Of a DNA stretch of 64,000 bases, positions 24,919 to 36,334 are shown one piece after another (position 1 is the stretch's first letter; every line of letters begins with the position of its first letter). The notes under the pieces are model-generated. The model had not been told where the DNA came from and did no database searches. It worked only from the letters and a program-made list of their open reading frames with translations. The DNA is taken from the NCBI GenBank assembly GCA_038087875.1, contig CM075988.1, positions 5,022,001 to 5,086,000 on the forward strand. Direction: 5' to 3'. Source of the DNA: Malacoraja senta. Lineage: Eukaryota. The translations under genes and the position numbers were made by a program.

Positions 24919-25414
24919 AGGGCCTGTCCCACTTGAGCGTCATTTGCGCATCACGCAGGCGGCGCGCGAAGATTTTGTGAATCCCAAAATCCTGGGACAC
25001 CGCGCGCAACCGCGCATCACTGCCTACGCCACCACGCCTCATCACGCGCCATGCGCGCATAATGCAGCCATGTGTGTAATGCAGCAATGTGTGTAATGCA
25101 GCCATGTGCGTAATGCAGCGTCAGGTGCGTAATGCAGCCATGTGTGTAATGCAGCCATGTGTGTAATGCAGCGTCAGGTGCGTAAAGCAGCCATGTGCGT
25201 AATGTAGCCATGTGTGTAATGCAGCAATGTGTATAATGCAGCGTCAGGTGCGTAATGCAGCAATGTGCGTAATGCAGCGTCAGGTGCGTAATGCAGCAAT
25301 GTGTATAATGCAGCGTCAGGTGCGTAATGCAGCAATGTGCGTAATGCAGCGTCAGGTGCGCGTCGTGACGTGTAAATGATGTCGCGTAAATGACGCCCAA
25401 GTGGGACAGGCCCT
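24919..25414. mobile_element. PIF/Harbinger-like MITE with internal minisatellite
   Basis: TIR AGGGCCTGTCCCACTTG / CAAGTGGGACAGGCCCT. TSD TAA at 24916-24918 and 25415-25417. Internal array of GTAATGCAGC-based units. Confidence 0.88.
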
Positions 25415-25690
25415 TAAGGCTAAACGCAAATTGGAGGAACAGCACCTCATATTTCGCTTGGGCAGTTTACAATCCATGGGTATGAATATTGATTTCTCTA
25501 ACTTCAAGTAACCCCTGCATTCCCTCTCCCTCCATCCCTCCCCCACCCAAGTCACACCAGTGTTATTCTCACCGAGCTACAGCTAACAATGGCCTGTTTC
25601 CTTTATCATTGTTACTTTTCTGCATATCATTCATCCATTTGTTCTATATCTCGGTACATCATAATCTCTCGTTTCCCTTTCCCGTGACTT

Positions 25691-25730
25691 TCAGTCTGAA
25701 GAAGGGTCTCGACCCGAAACGTCACCCATT
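25691..25730 (+). ncRNA. Minimal type-I hammerhead ribozyme motif in a Penelope terminal repeat (representative copy)
   Basis: CUGAAGA-A-GGGU(CUCG)ACCC-GAAAC-GUC, with a palindromic ACGU stem III and a short stem I. Confidence 0.65.
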
Positions 25731-26656
25731 CCTTCTATCCAGAGATGCTGCCTGTCCCGCTGAGTTACTCCAGCATTTTGTGTCTTCGGTTTAAACCAGC
25801 TTCTGTAGTTGCTTCTTACACATGCTGTCTGACCTGCTGAGTTACTCCAGCTTTTTGCGTCTAAGCCTGAAATAGGGCTTGCCATGCACGATGTAGCGAA
25901 TCTGAACCAAACTGGAAAAGCAATCAGCCTCTCCACAGCAGTGTCTATCGTTAAAAGTGATTTATTCTCATATGTCTTGTTCATATAGGAACAATGAAAT
26001 TCTTACTTGCAGCAGCACAACAGGCTTGGAAACATGGTATTCAGTGGCTGACATAATAATAAACAATACAAAACACTGAAGATAGACACAAAAAGCTGCA
26101 GTAACTCAGCGGGACAGGCAGCATCTCTGGAGAGAAGGAATGGATGCTGATGCATCCATGGATGAATGATAGAAGGAACAGAGATGCTGCCTGTCCCGCT
26201 GAGTTACTACAGCTTTTTGTGTCTATCTTCAGTTTAAAGCAGCTTCTGCAGTTCCTTCCTTCACAAGTAGGAAACACATTGTTAGTTGAATTGGTTATAA
26301 CAAAACTTTAATCGGGAGATTCAATTGGAACAACTTAAAAAGATAATTTGGAAATTGATAAGGAGAAAAAAGCTGCCTTGGAAAAATAAAGTCGAGGGAA
26401 ATTATCCTCTTTCCACTTCAAGGTCCCACAATAATCAGACACCATTGTCTCTTAACAGCACTGTCAGTCATTTTCTCCACTGGTGGCCACAGGAATCGAT
26501 AGGTTTATCATTTCTATTGACACTTGTGCAGCGGTACACTATTAAATAATATCTCACAGCCTTTAGTAATTTTACCTTGCAATTATAAAAATAATCTTGT
26601 AGTTACTCTTGTACAGATGCACCATAGAAAGTATTTTATCAGGGTGCATAACAGCT

Positions 26657-27505
26657 CCTCGATATCCCGCAGCTCCGCTCTTACTCCCCTTCCCCCCAAC
26701 AAGGACAGAGTCCCCCTTGTCCTCTCCTTCACCCCATCAGCTGTCGCATACAGCATATAATCCGCCAACATTTTTGCCACTACAACAGATCCCACTACTG
26801 GCCACATCTTCCCATCGCCACCCTTTCTGCTTTCCACAGAGACCGTTCCCTCCGAAACTCCCTGGTCAACTCTTCCCTTCCCACCCACCCCCCCCCCCCC
26901 CCCCCCCGCCCTCCGGGTACTTTCCCCTGCAACCGCAGGAGATGCTACACCTATCCCTTTACCTGCCCCCTCGACTCCATCCAAGGACCCAAGCAGTCTT
27001 TGCAGGTGAGGCAGAGGTTCACTTGCTCCTCCTCCAACCTGTGACAACTTCTCTACATTGGCGAGGCCAAGCGCAGGTTCGGCGATCTTTTTGCTGAACA
27101 CTCCACTCAGTCTGCCTTAACCTACCTGATCTACTGGTGGCCCAGCACTTCAACTCCCCCTCCCATTCCCAATCTGACCTTTCTGTCCTGGGCCTCCTCC
27201 ATTGTCAGAGTGAGGCCCAGCGCAAATTGGAGGAACAGCACCTCATATTTCGCTTGGCCAGCTTACACCCCAGCGGTATGAACATTGACTTCTAACTTCA
27301 GGTAGCCCTTGCTTTCTCTCTCCATCCCCTCCCCCTTCCCAGTTCTCCCAATAGTCTTACTGTCTCCGCCTACATTCTATCTTTGCCCCACCCCACTCCC
27401 CTGACATCAGTCTGATGAAGGGTCTTGACCAAAACGTCGCCCATTCCTTCTCTCCAGAGATGCTGCCTCACCCGATGAGTTACTCCAGCAATTTGTGTCT
27501 ACCTT
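26657..27505 (+). mobile_element. Penelope-like element (Neptune-type) 3' part: Cys linker, GIY-YIG endonuclease and terminal repeat; nested in a Rex1 fragment
   Basis: Frameshifted DRVPLVL, TFPCNRRRC, QVRQRFTC, LLYIGEAKRR, KLEEQHLIFRL, HPSGMNIDF. Terminal repeat contains CTGATGAAGGGTCTTGACCAAAACGTC. Rex1 protein YRCTIESILSGCITA|WFG is split around it. Confidence 0.88.
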
Positions 27506-27984
27506 TGGTTTGGGAACGCTCTGTCCAAAACTGCAAGAAATTGCAGCGAATTATGGATGCAGCCCAGACCATTCACACAAACCAAACTCCCTTCCATTGA
27601 CTCCATTTGCACCTTACGCTGCCTCGGCAAGGCCAGCAGCTTAATCATAGACAGGTCGCACCCTGGCCACTTCCCTCTGGCATTTTGGGTCGGGTCCCTT
27701 CCTTAGTCATTCAATGATAATTTACTGTAACAAGTACCTGGGTACAGTGAAATCTTTGTTTTTGCATAAAATACACAAAGTATGCAAAGAGTCACCACGT
27801 ATCTGCTGCGGACAAAGTTACCAAAGGACACACTAGTGTTCCGATGGTCCCTCTTTGTTTTCGGCGGACCCCCTGCCTCTGCCGCCCGTACTGATCGCCA
27901 GCGAGACATCACTCTCTTCTCCAGTCCTTTCTGCCTCCGTGTCCCAGGGGGCACCTCCTGCAGCCGACCTTGAAGCTGCAGGAG

Positions 27985-28350
27985 GTTACATAGATACATA
28001 GAAAATAGATGCAGGAGTAGGCCATTCGGCCCTTCGAGCCTGCACCGCCATTCAATATGATCATGGCTGATCATCCAACTCAGTATCCGTACCTGCCTTC
28101 TCTCCATACCCCCTGATCCCTTTAGCACAAGGGCCACATCTAACTCCCTCTTAAATATAGCCAATGAACTGGCGTCAACTACCCTCTGTGGCAGAGAGTT
28201 CCAGAGATTCACCACTCTCTGTGTGAAAAAGTTTTTCCTCATCTCGGTCTTAAAGGATTTCCCCCTTATCCTTAAGCTGTGACCCCTTGTCCTGGACTTC
28301 CCCAACATCGGGAACAATCTTCCTGCATCTAGCCTGTCCAACCCCATAAG
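27985..28350 (-). mobile_element. CR1 3' fragment, near-identical to the 50863-51728 family
   Basis: GLDRLDAGRLFPMLGKSRTRGHSLRIRGKSFKTEMR and the same 3' UTR. Confidence 0.92.
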
Positions 28351-28521
28351 AACCCCCCCCCCCCCCCCCCGGACCTCCTCCTCAAACCAATACAGGTGTC
28401 AGGGGTTATGAGGAGAAGGCAGGAGAATGGGGTTAGGACGGAGAGGTAGATCAGTCATGTTTGAATGGGAGAGTAGACTTGATGGGCCGAATGGCCCTAA
28501 TTCGGCTCCTATCGCTTATGA

Positions 28522-28661
28522 CTTCTTTCTTCTTGCGTGTGCGTGCACAGCCTAAGATGTAGGACAACTTGTTCTATTTGATCTTATTTGATTGTGCACG
28601 CAGGGTTGATTGCATTCGTCGAAACAGGGCAGACCACGTGAAGGTTGCAATCTCCCACCCC
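28522..28661 (-). mobile_element. Full-length ~140-bp HDV-ribozyme-headed non-autonomous element with (GAA)n tail
   Basis: Minus strand starts GGGGTGGGAGATTGCAACC and ends GCACACGCAAGAAGAAAGAAG. TSD GCTTATGA at 28514-28521 and 28662-28669. Inserted into a CR1 3' tail. Confidence 0.8.
28608..28661 (-). ncRNA. Minimal HDV-like ribozyme fold, copy 2 (best preserved)
   Basis: GGGGUGG-GA-GAUUGCA-ACC-UUCACGU-GGU-CUGCCCU-GUUUCGA-CGAA-UGCAAUC: nested P1/P2/P3 pseudoknot order with the catalytic-C position in CGAA. Confidence 0.78.
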
Positions 28662-29693
28662 GCTTATGACCTTATGATCTTGGACAAAATCGATGGTGGG
28701 AAGTCTGGTCTGTGTTATGGGCTGGGCTACATCTTCATCTCTGTAACTTCTTGTGGTCTTGAGCAGTGCTGTTCTCAAACCAAACTGTAATCTGTGTGGT
28801 TTTTATGTTGCATCTGTGGAAGTTTGCAAGAGTCAATGGGGACATACCAGTTTTCTTAGTCTCCGCAGGAAGTAGAGATGCTCGTGTGGCTTCCTCATCC
28901 TCCGGTGTCAATGACTCTCTCCTGCTTCCGGCTCCCGGTCCTGGGATGCGGGTGAGAGATGAGCCTCAGACAATCTCCAGGCGGGTACCATGTCCATCGA
29001 TGCCGGTGGCTGAGGGTCGAGTTTGGAGGCCACTCCCTTCGTCAGGCCGCGGCCCGACAGGTCCCTTGTTGTCCGGCCACATGGCCCAGTGGGACCCTTA
29101 TCTTCCTTCTGAAGAAGGGTCTCGACCCGAAGTGCCACCTATCCATTTTCTCCAGAGATGCTGCCTGACCAGCCGAGTTACTCCAGCACTTTGTGTCTGT
29201 CTTCGGTATAAACTAGCATCTGCAGTTAATTTATAATAAGTTTATTCTATCTCACTGATGCTTGTGATCCACTGTGCTTAACTCGGCAACCTCTGAACTT
29301 TCCAAATGCTTTAAGAGGCCAGTTAGAGCAGGAATCTATCCTGGACAGTGACTACTGCAGGAGCCACTACTGTGGCACGGTGGCACAGCGATAGAGCTAC
29401 TGCCTTATGTTGCCAGAGACCTGGGTTCAATCCTGATTACGGGTGCTGTCTTCACGGAGTTTGTATGTTCTCCCCGCGACCTCGTGGGTTTTCTCTGAGA
29501 TCTTCTCCAAAGCCGTACAGGTTTGTAGGTTAATTGGCTTGGTTATAAATTTTAGAATGTCCCTAGTGTGTGTAGGGCAGTGTTAATGTGTGTGGATCGC
29601 TGGTCGGTGCAGACTCGATGGAACAAAGGGCCAGTTTCCATGCTGTATCTCTAAACTAAACTAAACTAAAATAAACGAAACTAAAGCTGACAG

Positions 29694-29831
29694 CAGAGGG
29701 AAACTGGCTACGCTGCAGAGAATGCAAGCACGGTACTTGTGCAAAGAACCAGCAATCAAATGTAAATTGCCCCAATGGGACCTTGGTGCCCCAACAATAC
29801 ACTGAAGCTCCAGCTCCCACCGTGAGATGCA
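29694..29831 (+). pseudogene. Candidate exon of a decayed Cys-rich (GCC2/GCC3-like) repeat gene
   Basis: AG|...|GTAAGT, 138 nt, phase 1-1, open frame EGNWLRCRECKHGTCAKNQQSNVNCPNGTLVPQQYTEAPAPTVRC. An HE1 tail sits where the pyrimidine tract should be. Confidence 0.45.
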
Positions 29832-30995
29832 GTAAGTTGTAGTCCTGCAGACGTGCAGTCTCTTGTGTTTCACATCTTTCTGTAGAACCTCATGCATCTC
29901 ACTTTGGGAGCCTCTTGTGTCTCATCTCACAGTGGGGAGCCTCAGTGCAGCCTCTTGTGTGTTCAAGCGCTGGAATCTTCAGCAGAAAGCAAAGTGCTGG
30001 AGGAACCCTGGGGGTCAGGCACCATCTGTGAGGGATTTTTTTTTTTCAGTTTAGAGATACAGCTTATCTTTCCAGATGTGTGTATTCTGTGTGTGTGATA
30101 ATCCAATGTTTAGCTTAGTTTAGTTCAGAGATACAGCGCGGACGCAGGCTCTTAGGCCCACCGTGCCCGCGCCGACCTGCAGTCCCCCCACACTGACACC
30201 ATCCTACACACAGTAGGGACAATTTACAATTTTACCAATTAATCCAAGCCAATTAATCTACAAACCTGTGCGTCTTTGGAGAGTGGGAGAAAACCGCAGC
30301 ACCCGGAGAAAACCCACGCGGTTCACGGGGAGAATGTACAAACTCCGTACAGACAGCACCCGTAGTCAGGATCAAACCCGGGTCTCTGGCGCTGTGAGGC
30401 AGCAACTCTACTGCTGCACCACCGTGGCACCACACAGATGCACTGATGATGTTTTGGGGCTGGATCATTCCTCATGCTATGGACAAAACCACAACAAATA
30501 GAATGCATTATGGAGGAATGAAGTGAGTATTAGGTTTGGGATAAAGTCTACGATTTGGAATTGTGATTCAGATCGACCCTGATCAGCATGATGAAGGAAC
30601 AAGGTCAAAAGATTAAAGACATTTCCTCTCTTCCTCTTGCATGTGTGACTGTAACACAAACAGGAGTCAACGTTCTCCACCCATGATATTGGTGAAATCT
30701 AGGGACTGGAATAATATTTACAGCATGTTCATGCCAATTCTTCAGCACACTCATTGCACGGAGAGAAAGGCCTGGATGGTATGGATGTGGAGAGTTTGTT
30801 TCTACTGGTGGGAGAGTCTAGGACTAGAGGGCACAGCTTCAGAATAAAACAGCGTATCTTCAGAAAAGAGCTAAGAAGGAAATTATTTAGTCAGAGGGTG
30901 GTGAATCTGTGGAATTCATTGCCACAGACGGCTGTTGAGGAAAGTCATTAGGTATTTTTACAGTGCGGAGTGACAGGTTCTAGATTAGTAAGGAT

Positions 30996-31688
30996 GTCAA
31001 GTCAAGTCAAGTCACTTTTATTTCTATAGCACATTTAAAAAACAACTCTCATTGGCCAAAGTGCTTTACATTGGTGGAGGTACTAACGTTATACAACAAT
31101 GGTTCATAGATTAAGTACATACATAAATACATACATATAGCCCTCCCTCAGAGGACGTCAAGAAAGGCTTGAGAGTAAAGATGAGTTTTAAGGCTCGACT
31201 GGCTCGACTTGAAAGAGTCGATGGAGGGGGCAGTTCTGATGGGAAGGGGGATGCTGTTCCACAGTCTAGGAGCTGCAACCGCAAAGGCGCGGTCGCCCTG
31301 AGCTTATGCCTAGACCGCGGGATATTCAGTAACCCCAAGTCTGCCGATCTGAAGGACCTGGAGGTGGTGTGGTGGGTAAGCAGACTTTTGATGTAGGTGG
31401 GGGCAAGCCCATTAAGGGCTTTGTAAACATAAAGAAGGAACTTGAAATTTATTCGGAACCGCACAGGGAGCCAGTGGAGAGGCCAGAATCAGGGTGATGT
31501 GGTCCCTTTTTCGGGTGCCCGTCAGGAGTCTCGCTGCGGCGTTTTGGACCAGTTGCAGGCGGGACAGGGAAGATTGGCTGATGCCAGTTTAAAGGGAGTT
31601 GCAGTAATCGAGGCGGGAAAAGATAAATGTGTGGATGATGTTATCGAGGTCGACAAACTGGAGGAATTGTTTTATTTTAGCTATCAAA
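30996..31688 (-). mobile_element. L2-clade LINE 3' fragment
   Basis: RFRINFKFLLYVYKALNGLAPTYIKSLL..SRSFRSADLGLLNIPR. Tail TGTAAAGCACTTTGG..AATGTGCTATAGAAATAAAAG(TGACT)n. Confidence 0.9.
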
Positions 31689-32244
31689 GGTGAGAAGGCA
31701 CTGAGACACTGAGACACAAGGAACTGCAGATGCTGGAATCTTGAGCAAAACGCAAAGTGCTGGACTACTCCAGAGATGCCGCCTGACCCGTTGAATTACT
31801 CCAGCACTTGGTGCTTTTCTTTCTTTACCAAGAACTTTACCGAGAAGGGCGGCACTGTGGTGCAGAGGTAGACTTGCTGTTGCACAGCACCAGAGACCTG
31901 GGTTCAATCCTGACTATGGGCACTATCTGCACCTGTTTGTACATTCTCCGCTGAAGTAAGTGACTGGAAACGGTTTCCCCCTATTCCCCCCCACCATCCC
32001 CCACATAAAAACATACCGAGAAACATTAACACATACATTTAAACATACTAAAAAAACAAAAAAAGTCGAAATGACTGACATACTGCGGGCGAGGCTGCCG
32101 TGCGCGTCGCCATCCGATGACGTTAGTTGGTTGAGTCACCGCCTCACAGCTCCAAAGATCGGGCATCAAGCCTGGTCCTGGTAGGCAAAAAGGGTCATCA
32201 GAAACATGGTGGGCTGAAAGTGCCCCCTACCTCGACTTTCCTGG

Positions 32245-33085
32245 CTCAAGAGATTCAAGATTCAAGAGACATGTATTGTCACATGCACCAATTGGTACAG
32301 TGAAATTTGGGGTCACCATACAGCCATATGAATATAAAGAACACAACACACGGTAGACATTAACATAAACATCCCCACACAGCAGAATCAAAGTTTCCTA
32401 CTGTGAGGGAAGGCACCAAAGTTCACTCATCCTCCACTTTGTTCACCCATGTTCGGGGCCTCCCGAGCCCTCCGCAGTCGCAGCTATGGGTGGCCCAATG
32501 TTCAGCCCTCTCGCCGGGATGATGAAACTCCGACGTTGGAACGGCAGAACATTCTCAGCGGCTTGGAGTTCCGAATCGGTCACTTCTTACCGGAGGCCGC
32601 GGCTCCCGAAGTCCACAGGCCAAGCTGGGCGGAGATTCAACGCTGGCGGCCCTCGGCAAAGGATCACCAGGACTCCACGATGTTGAAGTCAGCGCCGCCC
32701 GTGGCTGGGAGCTCCCCAAACCACAGCTTCGCGATGATACAGCAGCAGGCCCAACACTCCGGAGCTTCAAACGGCGATCGCCCGCTCCGTGATGAATCCA
32801 GTGCTGCTCCGCCGCTGAAGCTCTGGTCGGTCTCCGGCAGGAAAGGCCGCGCCAATCCAGTTGGTAGGCCGCGAGTGTGGGGGGGGGGGGGGCGAGGACG
32901 GGACTCGGAGAATATTCGCATCCTCGCCAGGAAGCGACTGGGAAACAGATTCCTCCTTACCCTGCCCCCCTCCCCCACATAAAATGACTAAGAAATACTC
33001 CAGCACATACTTATTAAACAGAAAAAAAATAGATGGAAAAACAGACAGACTGTAGGCAGAGGCTGCCTTCATACGGCCTTCGTAC
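32245..33085 (-). mobile_element. CpG-rich non-autonomous element, same head/core as 12847-13708 but with a Rex1-type tail
   Basis: Shares GCAGCCT..CAGTC, a T-rich tract, ATGTGGGGG, TTTCCTGCCGG and TGCCTTCCCTCACAG. Tail ATTTCACTGTAC..CATGTGACAATA followed by (TCTTGAA)n. Confidence 0.65.
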
Positions 33086-34999
33086 AACTCTATGACATTC
33101 GGTGAGAAACAATGACCTGTGTACGTCTCTACATGAAGTTTTTAATCAGACAGGGCGGCAGGAAGGACGGAATATTTGGGGAGGAGGTTTGGCGCAAACA
33201 TGGATGATTGGAAGACTGGGATTTTGGGAGGAAGGCGAGTAATTTCTGGAAGCAGAAATCCTTGGGTGAATTCACTGATTCTTACTTGCTTGGATATTTT
33301 TTCAAATTTTCCAGCGTGAAGCTTTAACCCCAAATGCTTCCATTGACTCAAGACAAGATCCCTAGTTTTTTTATAAACAAAGTTTTATTACAGACATCCT
33401 GAATGTAATTTATAGAGAGACATAGAACACAGAACAGTGCCACACAGGAACGTCCATGCCGAATATGATGCCAAGTTAATCTAGTCTGCTTGCACATCAT
33501 CCACATCCCTCCATTTCCTGCATATCCATGTGCCTATCCAACAGCCTCTTACATGGCACTATCCCGGAGAACAAGAGATCTAAGGTGAAAGGGGACAAAT
33601 TTAATAGCACCTGAGGGATTCTTGATTAGTAAGGGTGTCAGAGATTATGGGGAGAAGGCAGAAGAATGGAGTTAGGAGGGAGAGATAGATCAGCCATGAT
33701 TGAATGGTGGAGTAGACTTGATGGGCCGAATGGCAAAATTATTCTCCTATCTCTTATGAACATGATAACTTTTTCATTAAATGGGTGGTAGATGTTTGGA
33801 ACGAGCTGCCGGAGGAGGTAGTTGAGGCAGGTACTATCGCGATGTTTAAGAAACATTTAGACAGGTACATGGATAGGACAGGTTTGGAGGGATATGGGCC
33901 AAACGCAGACAGGTGGGCCCTGCAGATTGGACATGTTTCACTGGTGTGGGCAAGTTGAGCCAAAGGGGCCATTTCCACACTGTATGACTCTATGATGCTG
34001 TCTGCCACCTGTGACGGCAATACATTGGGTGGTTTTCCCCGTTGATATTTATTTCACTGGAGATTACGGTGAAAGAAACTAGCAGTAATGTCAGCAATGA
34101 TAATTGTGTCAGCTGCAAAATAGCGAAAATGCTCTGCCAGCGATATGAAGCAGCATTAGAAATTGCTAGCTGTGCTTCCGTATGATGTGTCTGAGTAACT
34201 CTACTCTGTCCATTGCTTTAATGGAGTGCTAACCCACTTAAAGTGAACTTATAGTGGTGAAAGAATGTCATGCCTACTCACATTGTCAACTGTAATTTGA
34301 GGCTCAAGTGTTTCTTAATGTCACAGAATTAGGGATTAAACACCCTTAACAAGCGTATCATAATGTGATGAATCAAACTGAAAACAAATGGGAGGCATGA
34401 GAGCAGCAATTAAATAAATTGAGTCAGGCACTTTCCTTTTCAGATATAAATTGCTGGGAGTTAATGTGATAAGCATGGAGATTTATGAATGATGTCTTGA
34501 AAGAACAAATGTATTGAGATATCCACCAATACGCTTAACAATTTAATAATTCTGAATGCAAAACAGGTTTGTGCAAGATAATAACAAGAGAGTCTCTCCC
34601 ACATTTTTGTCAGTTCTATTCCCAGATCTCTTATTCTCTATTTTTATCTAACGTTACGGTATAATTCTGCGTTCTTCCTTATTTCATGTGCTCTTTGAGC
34701 TATTTATTGTCCTTTCTCTTCTAAAACATGTTGTACTAGGCTCCGTACATAGACACGAGACACAAAAAGCTGCAGTAACTCAGCTGGTCAGACAGTATCT
34801 CTGGAGAAAAGGAATAGGTGGCGTTTCAGATCGACACCCTTCTTCAGACTTGAAACGTCACCTATACCTTTTTTCCAGAGATGCTGTCTGACCCGCTGAG
34901 TTACTCCAGCTTTTTGTGTCTATCTTTGGTTTCAACCAGCGTCTGCTGTTCCTTCCTACACATATTCTGCTAGCCTCCCTTGGCTCTCTATAATCCTGT

Positions 35000-35560
35000 G
35001 CAGGAAGGAACTGCAGATGCTGGTTTTAACCAATGATAGATACAAAATGCTGGAGTAACTCAGCGGGACAGGCAGCATCTCTGGAGAGAAGAAATTGGTG
35101 ACGTTTTGGGTCGAGACCCTTCTTCAGACTGATGTCAGCGAAGAGGGAGATGCATTGATAAGGAAGTGTAAGGTGTGAAAGGACAAATGGGATGGAGATC
35201 AAGGAAATTGTAGAATAGATCATTGTAAGCTGGGAGAAGGTAACAACAAACCAAACAGAAATAAAATGTAGTCGAACACAATCAGACTGGTGGGGGAACT
35301 GGGCAGGGGGAGGGATGTAGAGGGGGAAACCAAGGGTTACTTGAAGTTAGAGAAGTCAATGCTCATACCGCTGGTGTGTAAGATGCCCAACCGAAATATG
35401 AGGTGCTTTTCCTCCAATTTGTGGTGGCCTCACTCTGGCCATGGAGGAGGACCAGGTCAGAAAGGTCAATGTGGGAATGGGAGGGGGAGTTAAAGTGTGT
35501 CACAACCGGGAAATCAGGTAGGATTAGGTGGAAAGAGCGGAGGTGTTCAGCGAAACTGTC
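35000..35560 (-). mobile_element. Penelope-like 3' fragment with terminal repeat
   Basis: FAEHLRSFHLILPDFPVVTHFNSPSHSHIDLS followed by the CTGAAGAAGGGTCTCGACCCAAAACGTC repeat. Similar pieces at 41450-41870 (+), 55665-55995 (+), 58420-58760 (-) and 18725-18930 (-). Confidence 0.85.
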
Positions 35561-35590
35561 TATAAACATGTTTGGTTCCTCCTTTTATAG

Positions 35591-35749
35591 CAGATGCTTC
35601 CACAAACTGCATACAATGTCTATCCCTGGATTTCAAAGACCTGACTTATAGACACCTTGCACATGAACAGGCTCCTATGGCGTTATCAATTTCAGAAGTT
35701 CATCTTATGCACTATCCTACAAACAGCAACACTAGTTTCCCCTCTTGTT
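35591..35749 (+). pseudogene. Candidate exon of the same decayed gene
   Basis: Pyrimidine tract + TAG acceptor, 159 nt, phase 1-1, DASTNCIQC...HYPTNSNTSFPSC. An alternative frame gives PGFQRPDL*TPCT*TGSYG. Confidence 0.4.
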
Positions 35750-35809
35750 GTACGGATATGTGTGTTTGAATCTGGCTTTCATGTGGGGCACAGTCGCCCT
35801 CTTGTTTAC

Positions 35810-36257
35810 GGTTCAGAACAGGCCTGGCGACGGCCTCTGGATCGACGAATCGGCGGAGCCCGTGGCCGGTCTCTGGCTTGGCACCGCAGAGGAGTCAGTA
35901 GTGGACCTGGTGGCGGTCATTGAGGAGGTGTGGTGAGCGATCGACGAGGAGGTCGGTGCGGCGGTCGATGAGGTTGCCAGCGATCGAGGTCAATGGTCGT
36001 CGAGGGCGCAGGTCGTTGAGGGCGCCGACAGTCAAGGGTCGGGCCGGCGGCTGAGGTCGAGGATGGTGCCGGGTGGTCATGGATGGGCCATGTGGGAGCC
36101 GGGGGATGCACCACCGGTAACAAAGGAGGACCCGGCGTGAGATACATTGTAACTTTGGCAGTGCCCTTTATGTGGCAACTCTTTGTATACCTTGGTTATG
36201 CAAAACAAGAATATCACTGTGACATCGCATGTGACAATAAAGTACTCAGTATTCAGT
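35810..36257 (+). mobile_element. GC-rich non-autonomous element with Rex1-like tail (related copies ~27705-27985 minus and ~57250-57720 plus)
   Basis: Shared 3' block GTAACTTTG...GTGGCAACTCTTTG...GCAAAACAA...TCACTG...AATAAA followed by a short microsatellite. Confidence 0.6.
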
Positions 36258-36334
36258 GAGTTTCTCAAACAAGTCATTTTATTCAAGGCCTTAACAGTAC
36301 ATAGGTTTATACAAGGCCTTAACAATGCTTAACA

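Larger units (their letters stand above)
24735..25820 (+). mobile_element. Penelope-like endonuclease fragment plus terminal repeat, split by a Harbinger-like MITE; preceded by an inverted terminal-repeat piece at 24605-24705
   Basis: YISQTKCRLGHRFAQH...SHTDLSVLGLLHCQS|KLEEQHLIFRLG. Terminal repeat at 25690-25820. Confidence 0.85.

Noticed and set aside
25017..25445. His/Cys-rich repetitive 142-aa ORF; superficially CRISPR-like array
   Set aside because: Translation of a minisatellite inside a MITE. There are no unique spacers, no cas genes, and the context is eukaryotic.
32449..33087. 177-aa and overlapping ORFs, CpG-island-like
   Set aside because: Lies within the same repeat family as 12847-13708, so it is not evidence of a host promoter or gene.
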